In this document: positions 17,311 to 27,228 of the stretch, in pieces
How the letters are laid out: each line of letters opens with the position of its first letter
How positions within the stretch are numbered: position 1 is the stretch's first letter
Origin: Deltaproteobacteria bacterium
Lineage (GTDB): Bacteria > Desulfobacterota > Binatia > UBA9968
Length of the DNA: 64,000 bases
Direction of reading: 5' to 3'
Assembly (NCBI GenBank): GCA_005879605.1
Contig: VBKE01000002.1
Location: 5,379 to 69,378, forward strand
Position numbers and translations under genes: made by a program
The notes under the pieces: model-generated
Told to the model about the DNA's origin: nothing
Databases searched by the model: none
The model's input: the letters and a program-made list of their open reading frames with translations, nothing else

Positions 17311-18858
17311 TCAGGAACGAATCTTCATATCGGCGCTCAAGACTTTTTCATCCGGTCTCGCTTGCCAGATTATGTTGCGTGCAACACCGTAAATTTCGGC
17401 GAGCGTGTACAAAGGCACGAACGGCACATCTTCCATCAAAATGCGGCTCGCCTGCTGCAAGATAGCGACGCGCTTCTTTGGATCACCGCTTTTCTGCTCT
17501 GCGTCGATAAGCCGGTCGAATTCGGGATTCTTGTACTCGACTCGCTTGCTGCTGCCCGAGCGGAAATACTGATCGTACACGGTGTCGGCATCGGTGGCCG
17601 GCCGCCCAACATAGTAGAAGGGCAGCTTGCCGCCGTTCACGCCATCCTTGCCCCAGAAAATGACAAACTCTTGAGAGACCAGCTCGGTTTTAACACCGAC
17701 TTTGAGAAGTTGATCGGCGATAACCTGACAAACCTCGCGCGCTTTTGGATAACGATCCGGCGAAAAATAGAGCTTTACCTCGAGGCCCTTTGCATAGCCG
17801 GCTTTCGCGAGAAGCTCCTTGGCTTTCTTGGAATCGTACGGATAGCGCGTAACTTTGGGGTCATACCCAATGACGTTCGATCCCACAGGCCCGTCCATCA
17901 CGTAACCGTTGCCTTCGTAGATGTATTTAATGACGGCCTTCGGGTCGACGGCGTAATTAATCGCTTGGCGCACGAGCTGATTGTCGAAAGGCTTGTGGGT
18001 GACGTTCATCGCCAGAAAATACATCCTTAGGCCTTCCACTTTCTCGGCCCGCACTCGCGGGTGTTTCTCGAAACGTGAAAGCTCGTCCACCGGCACGTTG
18101 TTGATGATGTCCCCTTGACCGGCCAAAAGACCCGCGACGCGGCCGGCATCTTCGCCGACTTTTTTCAGCACGATTTCCTTGATCGCCGGATTCGGCCCCC
18201 AATAGTCATCGTTGCGCGTCATCACCAAGTTGCCATCGCGCTGCCAGCTCACAAACTTGTACGGCCCGGTGCCGATGGGATGTTGATCCGTCTGGTCGCC
18301 GTATTTGTCCGCCGCCGCTTTGCTGATCATGAAACGGTTGGTGAGGTGGTCAAGGAAAACAGCGCTGGGTGCCTCCGTCGTGACGACCACTGTGTAATCA
18401 TCCGGCGACTGCATCTCGGTCACATCCGAAAGGTTCGGCGCTTGCATGCTCTGCTTGTCGGTCTTGATCCGGTTGATCGAATGGATCACGTCCTTCGCCG
18501 TGAATGGGCCGCCGTCATGAAAGCGAACTCCTTTTCTTAGGCGAAGCACCCATTTGTTGCCTTGGAATTCCCATGACTCGGCCAAGACCCCGTAGTATTG
18601 CCTCTTTGCGTAATCGATATCGACGAGCGGCTCGATCATGTGCTGCCAAGCGCCATACTGGGGAGCCGAACTGTAGGCATAGGGATGAAGCGAATCCAGT
18701 CCGATGCTGCTGAGAATCGTGAGACGCTCCTTTGAGGCCGCCAGTATTGCTTGGATCCAAGAACTTCCCGCCAAAGCGCCCAGTCCAAGGCCAACTCCTC
18801 GCTTCAAGAAGGTTCTGCGATCCATTCCATGTGAACGCATAGAGACCTCCATCGTCAT
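17311..18858 (-). CDS. ABC transporter substrate-binding protein, family 5 (peptide/nickel, DppA/OppA-like) with Tat-type signal
   Basis: MDRRTFLKRGVGLGLGA signal and family-5 core (PYKFVSWQRD.., FYYVGR). Confidence 0.8.
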   Translation of the reverse strand: MTMEVSMRSHGMDRRTFLKRGVGLGLGALAGSSWIQAILAASKERLTILSSIGLDSLHPYAYSSAPQYGAWQHMIEPLVDIDYAKRQYYGVLAESWEFQGNKWVLRLRKGVRFHDGGPFTAKDVIHSINRIKTDKQSMQAPNLSDVTEMQSPDDYTVVVTTEAPSAVFLDHLTNRFMISKAAADKYGDQTDQHPIGTGPYKFVSWQRDGNLVMTRNDDYWGPNPAIKEIVLKKVGEDAGRVAGLLAGQGDIINNVPVDELSRFEKHPRVRAEKVEGLRMYFLAMNVTHKPFDNQLVRQAINYAVDPKAVIKYIYEGNGYVMDGPVGSNVIGYDPKVTRYPYDSKKAKELLAKAGYAKGLEVKLYFSPDRYPKAREVCQVIADQLLKVGVKTELVSQEFVIFWGKDGVNGGKLPFYYVGRPATDADTVYDQYFRSGSSKRVEYKNPEFDRLIDAEQKSGDPKKRVAILQQASRILMEDVPFVPLYTLAEIYGVARNIIWQARPDEKVLSADMKIRS

Positions 18859-18889
18859 TATCGACGAACTTTTCTACCGCGCCTTTTTG

Positions 18890-20428
18890 TCACGTGATCT
18901 TCATGTCCCAAGCGAGCACTTTCTCGTCGGGCCTCACCTTCCAGCTCACGTTCTTTGTGACGCCGTAAATGTCCGCGAGGTTATACAAAGGAACGAAAGG
19001 AGCCTCGTCCATAATAATTTTCCCGGCCTGCTGCAGTATGGCGGTCCGTTTCTTGAAATCGGGCGTCTTCTGTTGCTCCTCGATGAGTTTGTCCAATTCC
19101 GGATTGCTATAATTCGAGCGCTTGGTCGTGCCCGTCCTGAAGTACTGGTCGTACAGCGTGTCCGCGTCGGTGAGCGAGCCACGGCCGATGTAGTAAAATG
19201 GTAGCTTGCCGCCATTCACGCCGCTGGTTTCCCAAAAAATCGCCCACTCCTGAGAGATCAGCTCCACTCGAAAACCGCCCTTCACCATCTGCGCGGCAAC
19301 GACCTGGCAGACCTCCGTGTCCTTCGGATAGCGGCCCGCAGAATAATAAAGTTGGATGTCGCAGCCGTTAGGGTAACCGGCCTGAGCCAGAAGCTCTTTG
19401 GCCTTCTTGGGATCGTACGGATACCGTTTGAACTTGGGATCGGCACCGAGGACATTGGCGCCCACCGGGCCATTGATCGCGTAACCGATACCGTCGAATA
19501 TATTCTTGATAATGGCCGGGGCATCCACGGAATAGTTGACAGCCTGGCGAACGAGCTTATTATCGAACGGTTTGTGAGCGACATTGAAAGCCAGAAAAAA
19601 CATCCTGAGCCCTTCGATCTTCTCGATTTTGACGCGCGGATGGCGCTGCAGCCGCGCCACTTCATGGACCGGTATGTTGTTGATGAGGTCCGCCTGGCCT
19701 GACTCGAGCGCCGCAAGACGCGCCGCATCCTCGGTGACTTTCTTAAAGACGATTTCCTTGATATTTGCCTTCCCGCCCCAATAGTCATCGTTCCGGGTAA
19801 AAACAAAATTTCCGCCTCTTTGATAGCTCACGTATTTGTACGGTCCGGTGCCGATCGGATTCTGGTCCATCTGATCACCGTGCTTATCCGCCGCCAGTTT
19901 ACTAATAATGAAACGGTTCTCCAGACGATCCAAAAACACAGCCAGCGGTTGCTTGGTCACGAAGATGACGGTGTGATCATCGGGAGTTTGCACCTCCGTG
20001 ACATCCTTGAAATTGGATGCCTGCAGGCTGCCCCCTTTTTCGTCCCTCATCCGCTCGATCGAAAAGGCCACGTCTTTAGAGGTGAGCGGCGCGCCGTTGT
20101 GAAATTTGATGCCTTTTTTTAAATGCATCACCCAGCGCTTGCCCTGGAACTCCCACGACTCGGCGAGTATGCCGACGTAATCTTTACGCTTGTAATCGTA
20201 TTCCACGAGGGGCTCCATGATGTGTTGCCACTGACCATAGATGGGGCTTGAGCTGTGTTTATAGGGATGCAAAGAATCGGCAACGCTCGAATGATAAATC
20301 GTGATCCGATCTCTGGAAGCAGCGAAAGCATCGCGAGCGATGTAGGGCCCGACAACGGCGCCTACGCTTAAGGCTGCAGCCCGCCTGAGAAAGTCTCTCC
20401 GGCTGCTGGCCGGGATTTTTTTTGCCAT
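18890..20428 (-). CDS. ABC transporter substrate-binding protein, family 5, tandem paralog
   Basis: SSRRDFLRRAAALSVGA signal; colinear with 17311-18858. Confidence 0.8.
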   Translation of the reverse strand: MAKKIPASSRRDFLRRAAALSVGAVVGPYIARDAFAASRDRITIYHSSVADSLHPYKHSSSPIYGQWQHIMEPLVEYDYKRKDYVGILAESWEFQGKRWVMHLKKGIKFHNGAPLTSKDVAFSIERMRDEKGGSLQASNFKDVTEVQTPDDHTVIFVTKQPLAVFLDRLENRFIISKLAADKHGDQMDQNPIGTGPYKYVSYQRGGNFVFTRNDDYWGGKANIKEIVFKKVTEDAARLAALESGQADLINNIPVHEVARLQRHPRVKIEKIEGLRMFFLAFNVAHKPFDNKLVRQAVNYSVDAPAIIKNIFDGIGYAINGPVGANVLGADPKFKRYPYDPKKAKELLAQAGYPNGCDIQLYYSAGRYPKDTEVCQVVAAQMVKGGFRVELISQEWAIFWETSGVNGGKLPFYYIGRGSLTDADTLYDQYFRTGTTKRSNYSNPELDKLIEEQQKTPDFKKRTAILQQAGKIIMDEAPFVPLYNLADIYGVTKNVSWKVRPDEKVLAWDMKIT

Positions 20429-20463
20429 GGAGTGCTCCTTTAACGCACTATGAATGTTTCCTT

Positions 20464-21300
20464 TTACTGTCGCCTCAATTTCGGATCAAACATGTCCCGC
20501 AGGCCATCCCCGAGCAGATTGATGCCGAAAACCGTAATGAAGATCGCGAGCCCTGGAAAAATAGTGAGCCAGGGAGCGCGGTTCATATAACTTCTGCCCT
20601 CGTTAAGCATCGAGCCCCAGGTTGGAATGCTAGCAGGGACGCCGAGGCCGAGAAAACTCAAGCTCGCTTCGGAAATAATGACGATGGCCATGGCGAACGT
20701 CGCAACCACGGTAATGCTTGCGAGAGTATTCGGCACGACGTGCTTGAGGAGAATATAAAAGTCCTTGCCTCCCAGGGCCTTGGCCGCAGTAACGAAGTCG
20801 CGTTGCTTTAGAGACAATACCTCACCGCGCACAACCCGGCAGTACTGTACCCATCGGCTCATCATCAGGGCCAAAATAATATTGATGACGCCCTGTCCAA
20901 GGAAGGCCATCAGCGCGATGGCGAGGAGGAGAAAAGGAAAGGCTAAAAAAATCTCCGTCACCTTGCTGACCGCTTCATCGGTTCCGTTGCCGAAGTAGCC
21001 GGCGATGGCGCCCAAAAAGCATCCGACGAGGCCCGCAAGAATCACCGTCGTCACGCCCACCAACAGAGAAATACGCGAGCCATAAATGATCCGGCTCAAG
21101 ATATCGCGGCCGAGATTGTCGGTCCCGAGCCAGTTTGCGGCCGACTGGCCGCCCATCCAGGCAGGCGCTTGAAGACGCGTTTCGAGCCTTTGCTCCTGCG
21201 GATTGAAGGGAGCGAGAAGCGGAGCGGCCACCCCGCAGATGAAAAGGGTAGCGAGGATGCATCCACCCATGAACACCTTCAAGTGACGGAATCTCACCAT
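20464..21300 (-). CDS. ABC transporter permease (DppC/OppC-like)
   Basis: Six hydrophobic segments, an N-terminal OppC-type region, and an EAA-like loop ..AAKALGGKDFYILLKHVVPN. Confidence 0.8.
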   Translation of the reverse strand: MVRFRHLKVFMGGCILATLFICGVAAPLLAPFNPQEQRLETRLQAPAWMGGQSAANWLGTDNLGRDILSRIIYGSRISLLVGVTTVILAGLVGCFLGAIAGYFGNGTDEAVSKVTEIFLAFPFLLLAIALMAFLGQGVINIILALMMSRWVQYCRVVRGEVLSLKQRDFVTAAKALGGKDFYILLKHVVPNTLASITVVATFAMAIVIISEASLSFLGLGVPASIPTWGSMLNEGRSYMNRAPWLTIFPGLAIFITVFGINLLGDGLRDMFDPKLRRQ

Positions 21301-22292
21301 TAGAGCTTTATCCTGGGGTCGACCAACGTGTAGAGAACGTCCACCAACATGTTGACGACAAAGTAGATAATGCCGAAGAACAAGATCAGAACTTGAGTTA
21401 AACGGTAATCGCGCACGGAAATCGACTGAATCAGCAAATCGCCGATTCCCGGGTAAGAAAAAACCGTTTCCGTGATCACCGATCCATTCAAAAGCGCCCC
21501 CAGCTGCAAACCGAGGATCGTGATCACGGTGATAAGGGCGTTACGTAGGATATGGCGCCAGACCACGACGCGTTCACTGAGTCCTTTCGCCCGTGCCGTC
21601 ATGACGTACTCCTGGCGCATGACCTCGAGCACACTCGAGCGGGTAATCCGCGTCACAATCGCCGCGAGCGCGGTGCCCAAGGTCACGGCCGGCATCATGA
21701 GATGCTGTAATACGCTCCAGAAAGCCGTCAAGTTGCCGGTAATCAGGCTGTCCACGAGATACAGATGGGTGATCGGTTTGACCTCGATGCCATATTCGAT
21801 CCGGCCGGCCACCGGGAGCAGATTCCATTGCCCGCCGAGAAAATAGATCAGCATGATACCCAACCAAAAGTTAGGCAAAGAGACGCCGATCAGCGCCATC
21901 CCTGTCCCGGCATGGTCAATCAGAGTGTCCCGTTTAATTGCCGAATAAACGCCGATCGGGATGGAAATCAGAATCGCTACGAGCAAGCTCACGACCGCGA
22001 GTTCGACGGTCGCAGGCAGACGCTCGAAAACGAGATTGAGAACCGGTTCGCCGAATTTGAGCGACTGGCCGAAATCTCCGACCATGGCGCGCGAGACGAA
22101 CTGCCAGTATTGAACCGGCAACGATTGGTCCAGTCCCCATTCGTGCCGCACGCGCGCCACATCGGCCGGCGTGGCATCATCGCCCAAAAGGAGCACGACC
22201 GGATCACCGGGCGCGAGGTGCATCAGCAGGAAAACTAAAAACGAAATGCCCAGGAGAACCGGTATGGCACCGATAAGGCGGCGTCCGATCAT
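21300..22292 (-). CDS. ABC transporter permease (DppB/OppB-like)
   Basis: HLAPGDPV N-terminal motif and EAA loop YVMTARAKGLSERVVVWRHILRNA. Its stop overlaps the next start. Confidence 0.8.
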   Translation of the reverse strand: MIGRRLIGAIPVLLGISFLVFLLMHLAPGDPVVLLLGDDATPADVARVRHEWGLDQSLPVQYWQFVSRAMVGDFGQSLKFGEPVLNLVFERLPATVELAVVSLLVAILISIPIGVYSAIKRDTLIDHAGTGMALIGVSLPNFWLGIMLIYFLGGQWNLLPVAGRIEYGIEVKPITHLYLVDSLITGNLTAFWSVLQHLMMPAVTLGTALAAIVTRITRSSVLEVMRQEYVMTARAKGLSERVVVWRHILRNALITVITILGLQLGALLNGSVITETVFSYPGIGDLLIQSISVRDYRLTQVLILFFGIIYFVVNMLVDVLYTLVDPRIKL

Positions 22293-22510
22293 GTTTGTGC
22301 GCGTTTAAAGTCGAAACGTGGGAAGTGCGCTATCCGAAGTCGCGGTAAAAGCTAAATCCCGTTCATCCCCTTTAAGAGTATGTCGCAATGTCATTCTGAG
22401 GCGTTAGCCGAAGAATCTCTACTACTAGACTTCAAAGTTGTCTCCACTGCGCAAATTTTCCAAGCAGCGAAAAAATCTCCGACGGAATGCATTTACACCA
22501 ACGGTTCGAG

Positions 22511-22555
22511 CCCCCTCTCTTCTCTCCCCCGCGACGGGGGAGATGCAAGAGGGGG
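22511..22555 (+). repeat. Nested-hairpin element, family B
   Basis: CCCCCTCTCTTCTCTCCCCCGCGACGGGGGAGATGCAAGAGGGGG directly abuts the aminotransferase stop. An inverted copy lies at 46497-46540. Confidence 0.65.
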
Positions 22556-23839
22556 CTAGTGACCGAGTTGCGCAAAGGATTGATCCAAAACTTTCAGCGC
22601 CTGGTCGATCTGATCTTTAGTTACGTTCAGTGGCGGCGCGATGCGGACCACGTTGCCCATAAGCCCACCTTTGCCGATGAGCAAGCCGTGTTTTTTGGTC
22701 GCCTCGAAGAGCCGCTTCAGCGATTCGGTGTCCGGCTTTTTATTGTCGCCCACGAGCTCCATCGCCTGCATGAGTCCCATTCCCCGAACGTCCCCGACGA
22801 CGGGATACTTTTGCTTGAGAGCTTCGAGCCCATCTCTCAACCGTTTCCCCATCACGCGAGCGTTCTCGACGAGATTTTCTTCTTCGACGACCTGAATCGT
22901 CGCAAGCGCCGCTGCAGCCGTCACCGGATTGCCGCCAAAGGTAGAGATGGTCATCCCTTTGATGCTGTCCGCCACCTCGGGCGTAGCGATGGTCGCGCCG
23001 ATGGGCACGCCATTGGCCATGCCTTTGGCAAAGGTCATAATATCGGGCTCCACGCCCCATTGCTCTATGCCGAACATCTTGCCGCCGGTGCGACCCCAAC
23101 CCGTCTGAACTTCATCGGAGATGAGCAGCCCACCGTACTTTTTCAGAATAGAGACAATTTCCTTGAAGTATTCTTTGGGAGGCGTGATGTAGCCGCCGAC
23201 GCCCTGAATCGGCTCCGCGATAAGCGCGGCGACACGCCCTTGCGTCTGCGTCTGAATGGCCTCCTCTAAATCTTTGGCGCACTTGAGATCGCAACTCGGA
23301 TAGGTCAACCCGAATGGGCAGCGGTAGCAGTATGCGTTAGGAATGTGATGGATGCCGGGAACCGTCGTGGGCGCAATTCTCCACGAGGCATTGCCGGTAA
23401 GGCTCAAAGCCATATATGAACGGCCACTGTAGCTGTGGCGCAGCGCAATCACGTCCTGACACTTGGTGTAGAGCTGAGCAATCAAGACCGCGGTCTCATT
23501 CGCCTCGGTGCCGCTATTGGTGAAGAAAGATTTTTGCAGCCGTCCCGGTGTGATCTGCGCCAGTTTCTCGGCCAGGCGAACATGGGGCTCATTCGGATAC
23601 AGGGTCGAGGCATGCTGTAGCTTGTGGGTCTGCTCCTCGATGGCCTTGGTGACCTTCTCGTTGCAATGGCCGACGCTGACGGTGAGAATGCCGCCGAAGA
23701 AATCGAGATATTCCTTGCCGTCGATATCGTAAACGTAGTTGTCTTTGGCGTGATCCACCACCAACGGCTCGTCGTAATAAGTGGCCACACAGGAGAAGAG
23801 ATATTTCCGATGCTTGTCAATGATTTCTTGTTTGTTCAT
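22556..23839 (-). CDS. Class-III (omega) aminotransferase, PLP dependent
   Basis: ATG at 23839. GGILTVSVGH, SGTEANE, ISDEVQTGWGRTG, TFAKGMANG (Lys). Confidence 0.85.
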   Translation of the reverse strand: MNKQEIIDKHRKYLFSCVATYYDEPLVVDHAKDNYVYDIDGKEYLDFFGGILTVSVGHCNEKVTKAIEEQTHKLQHASTLYPNEPHVRLAEKLAQITPGRLQKSFFTNSGTEANETAVLIAQLYTKCQDVIALRHSYSGRSYMALSLTGNASWRIAPTTVPGIHHIPNAYCYRCPFGLTYPSCDLKCAKDLEEAIQTQTQGRVAALIAEPIQGVGGYITPPKEYFKEIVSILKKYGGLLISDEVQTGWGRTGGKMFGIEQWGVEPDIMTFAKGMANGVPIGATIATPEVADSIKGMTISTFGGNPVTAAAALATIQVVEEENLVENARVMGKRLRDGLEALKQKYPVVGDVRGMGLMQAMELVGDNKKPDTESLKRLFEATKKHGLLIGKGGLMGNVVRIAPPLNVTKDQIDQALKVLDQSFAQLGH

Positions 23840-23879
23840 GGTTCGTTTCTCAAATAATTCGCGCTTTGTCTGTGTTGGC

Positions 23880-24734
23880 TCAGTGGCGCCGCAAAAAATC
23901 CAGTATCGGCGGATGCCCCTTATCCGGCATCTCGCGCAAGTAGCCGTGTCTTCCGCCTTCGACCAACACCAACTCGGCGTTGGGAATCTTCTCACCGAGC
24001 ACTTTGGCGGATTCCACGTGACTGCCGGTTCCCCCTTCGTGAGTATCTTTGCTGCCGACGATAACCAGCGTGGGCGCTTTGATTTTAGGTAATAGATCCG
24101 TGGTCTCGTGGCATTGCCGGGCGATAACGTGACGCAGATAACACTTGAGCGGCGGAACTTCTTCGACGATGAGTTCCTGGAACTTCTTTACCACCTCCGG
24201 ATGCTCTTTCATGAATTGGTCTGTGAACATGAACCCTGGTCCCCAATGATCGTGCTGGTATTTCTCATAACCCTTTTCGATGATCTCGAGAGCGGCGTCC
24301 AGCGGAATGCCGCGCGGATAGTCTTGAAGCTTATCACTGTATTTCCCCGATCCCGGCCCGGAGAGAACCAGGCTACGGACTTTTTCCGGATAGTCGAGCG
24401 CGATCCATTGGGCGACCCGAGCCCCCATGGAATGGCCCATGATATGGGCGCGTCTAATGCCGAGAGCATCCATCAGTCCGACGCAGTCTTTGGCAAAGAG
24501 TTGGGTTGTATAAGGAACATCCGGCTTGTCGCTTCGGCCCAATCCCCGATGGTCGTAGATCAGCACCTGATAATGTTTGGAAAACTCCGGCACCTGAAAG
24601 ACGCGCCAGGGCGCGCAGCTGATACCCGTGCCAGCTATGAGCACCAAGGGATCTCCCTCGCCGTATAGTTCGTAATAAAGATTAACGTCGTTTACTTTAA
24701 CTTTGCCGCTCTCAACCGGCTTAGCCCCTTCCAT
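23880..24734 (-). CDS. Alpha/beta hydrolase
   Basis: ATG at 24734 after GGAGGGAACG. The nucleophile elbow is GHSMGA. Confidence 0.75.
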   Translation of the reverse strand: MEGAKPVESGKVKVNDVNLYYELYGEGDPLVLIAGTGISCAPWRVFQVPEFSKHYQVLIYDHRGLGRSDKPDVPYTTQLFAKDCVGLMDALGIRRAHIMGHSMGARVAQWIALDYPEKVRSLVLSGPGSGKYSDKLQDYPRGIPLDAALEIIEKGYEKYQHDHWGPGFMFTDQFMKEHPEVVKKFQELIVEEVPPLKCYLRHVIARQCHETTDLLPKIKAPTLVIVGSKDTHEGGTGSHVESAKVLGEKIPNAELVLVEGGRHGYLREMPDKGHPPILDFLRRH

Positions 24735-24900
24735 CGTTCCCTCCGATTTTTGCACCGCGGATATTTCGGTTGTACTGCAAGCATCGTGACGCTATCGAAT
24801 CCCAAAATTGCTGTCAACGCCGAATCCGTTCGGCAACATGTTGTCCGCATCCCGGGGAGCGAGGCGGGAGGCGGCGGACGTAGGACTCACGATAACTCGG

Positions 24901-26490
24901 TTAATTGACTTTCCCCGGTCCGTAGATGACTCTCCCTGGACGCGCGCCGGTGTGCTGGCCGCCGTCGATCACTACGGTGCCGTTGACCAAGACGTAATCG
25001 ATCCCCTTCGGATACTGCTTCGGATTATCATAGGTCGCCGTGTCGGCCACCGTATCGGGGTCGAACACGACAACGTCGGCCCAGTAACCTTCTTTGAGTA
25101 TCCCTCGATCTTTGAGTCCAAGAACCTGGGCGGGCAACGAAGTCATTTTGCGAATCGAGTCTTCGAGCTGAAGAACCTTTTCCTCTCTCGTGTACTTCCC
25201 TAGCACGCGCGGATTGGTGCCGAAGCTCCGCGGATGCGGCTTGCCGGGGTATTTTAAATTCAGCGCGCTGCCGTCGGAACCGATCGACACCCACGGCACC
25301 CGCATCACCGTCTTGACGTCATCTTCGGACATTGTGTGGTGTACGCCGTGAATAAACATCCCCTCTTCATAAATCATGTCGAAGCACGCACTGAGCGGAT
25401 CCTGTCCGCGCATCTTGGCGATCTCCGCGATGGTTTTCCCTTCGAAGGGTTTTAGGCTCTCCGTGTCCACACGCGCCGCGACGATGCCTTCCCAGCCACC
25501 GTGCTCATTGACGTACTGATCGAACTCCGGATCTTTTATCACCCTTTCGCGGAACGCTGTCTTCTTGAATTGTGAAATCGTCTCGTTGAGCGGCGCGTCT
25601 TGCACCCATCGCGGAAACAGCCGCCGCCACGGATGTTGCATAGCCGTGTAGGGATATTGGTTCGCGGTAATCTCAATCCCCTCGCGCCGCGCTTCTTCGA
25701 TTTGCTCGATCACCTGGCGTATCCGGCCCCAATTGCTCTTCGCTCGCATCTTGAGATGATAGACGTGCACCGGAATGGCCGACTCCCGGGCGATACGCAG
25801 CGTCTTTTCCAGCTCTTCCATGATATCGAAACCCTCGCTGCCCAAGTGAACTCCGTAGTAGCCGCCGTAACGCCGAACCACCTTCGCCATGTCGACGACT
25901 TCATCGGGATACTCGGGGCCTCTTGCGTGCCACGCCGCGGTGAGGCCGAGCGCCCCCTCTTCCATCGCTTGCGCGACGAAGCGATTCATCTTCTCCCGCT
26001 CGGCAGCGCTTGCCGGTCTCTCATCGAATCCGACAACTACCCGCTTGACCTGCTGGGGCGAAACGCCCGAGGCGACGTTGATGGAGATGCCGCCGTTCAT
26101 GACTTTTTCGAAATAGCCGGTGAAGGTACTCCAATCGGTCTCGATTCCGTTTCGCCGCCGATGCTCGAGTCGGTATTCTTCCAACAGGGCACCTTCTAAC
26201 GGGGCCACGGTTTCGCTCTCTCCGATAATATCGAGTGTCACGCCCTGCCGCACTTTGCTCTCGGCATTGCCGTCGGCGATCAACGGCTGGTCACTATGGG
26301 TATGCATGTCGATATAGCCCGGCGTAACCACGTCTCCCTTGGCGGAGATCGCCCGCTGGCCTGACTCAGGGTTTATTCTGCCGATGCTGGCGATTTTGCC
26401 GTCTTTGATGGCGAGATCGCCGTAGAACCAGGGATTCCCTGTGCCGTCTATCAGTCTGCCGCCGTGAATCACGATGTCGAACTGAGCCAT
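24901..26490 (-). CDS. N-acyl-D-amino-acid deacylase (D-aminoacylase) family amidohydrolase
   Basis: ATG at 26490. FDIVIHGGRLIDGTG, PGYIDMHTHSD, C-terminal VLVNG..GQHTGARPGRV. Confidence 0.8.
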   Translation of the reverse strand: MAQFDIVIHGGRLIDGTGNPWFYGDLAIKDGKIASIGRINPESGQRAISAKGDVVTPGYIDMHTHSDQPLIADGNAESKVRQGVTLDIIGESETVAPLEGALLEEYRLEHRRRNGIETDWSTFTGYFEKVMNGGISINVASGVSPQQVKRVVVGFDERPASAAEREKMNRFVAQAMEEGALGLTAAWHARGPEYPDEVVDMAKVVRRYGGYYGVHLGSEGFDIMEELEKTLRIARESAIPVHVYHLKMRAKSNWGRIRQVIEQIEEARREGIEITANQYPYTAMQHPWRRLFPRWVQDAPLNETISQFKKTAFRERVIKDPEFDQYVNEHGGWEGIVAARVDTESLKPFEGKTIAEIAKMRGQDPLSACFDMIYEEGMFIHGVHHTMSEDDVKTVMRVPWVSIGSDGSALNLKYPGKPHPRSFGTNPRVLGKYTREEKVLQLEDSIRKMTSLPAQVLGLKDRGILKEGYWADVVVFDPDTVADTATYDNPKQYPKGIDYVLVNGTVVIDGGQHTGARPGRVIYGPGKVN

Positions 26491-26616
26491 TTCGGTCTCC
26501 CATTCAATCGAATCCTGCAGCCCATATAGCACCGCCAATTCCCCGCTACAAGGTTACTCCCACCATGCAAGACATCGACGGAGATATTATGGTAAGAAGC
26601 CCGGAAGGAACTGTTC

Positions 26617-27147
26617 ATGATTCGACCCGAATTCAAACAAATCCTCATGGACCAGCGCGGAGCAGCCGTCATTCTCTGGAGCTGCTTCATGATTTCGATT
26701 GTCATCTACATTGTGATCGCTGAGCACGTGCTGGCCAATCCACGGTTCGCCCGCGGCTTTTCCGTCGCAGAAACGTTGAGAATCGTGCTATGGGCGCTCG
26801 TCGTTGTCGATCTGGGCTATTACGCCTACTGGAAAAAACGCTACGTCACGTCGGAAGCGATGTTTGCTGAATCGCAAAAGACAAAGCTTTTTCGCGCCTT
26901 GGAAGAACACAAAGGAGCGCTCGAAGAGCGCGCTGCCGCCGTCGTCTCAACCTATGTCACTCGCAAGGTCGTTCTTTTCGCCATCATCGAAGCCATCGCC
27001 GTTTATGGCCTGGTATTGGCTTTGGTTGGCCATTATCTCCTCGACCAATATTTGCTGTCCGGGCTGAGCTTGCTCCTTTTGGCTTTTGAATTTCCCTCAG
27101 AAAAATCTCTTGAGGAGCTCGTTCTGCGAGTGGAAACCGTTGGCTGA
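26617..27147 (+). CDS. Hypothetical membrane protein (4 TM)
   Basis: 176-aa ORF with four clear hydrophobic helices. Confidence 0.45.
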   Translation: MIRPEFKQILMDQRGAAVILWSCFMISIVIYIVIAEHVLANPRFARGFSVAETLRIVLWALVVVDLGYYAYWKKRYVTSEAMFAESQKTKLFRALEEHKGALEERAAAVVSTYVTRKVVLFAIIEAIAVYGLVLALVGHYLLDQYLLSGLSLLLLAFEFPSEKSLEELVLRVETVG

Positions 27148-27228
27148 GCGGCAAACCGAATGAGCTTGACAGGCAATGATTCGTTATCGCGCGACCTGGA
27201 TTGGCTTCACAATTCAAAGGAGGTAAAG

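Noticed and set aside
22390-22419. GTCATTCTGAGGCGTTAGCCGAAGAATCTC and the vaguely similar GTCACTCTGAGCGCCGGCAAAGGGTCTCGC (35953-35982) as a fourth repeat family; likewise 57116-57159 versus 39173-39208
   Set aside because: Within this window the similarity is limited to short cores (GTCAyTCTGAG, CCCTTCG..CTCAGG). That is not enough to define a family without a genome-wide census.
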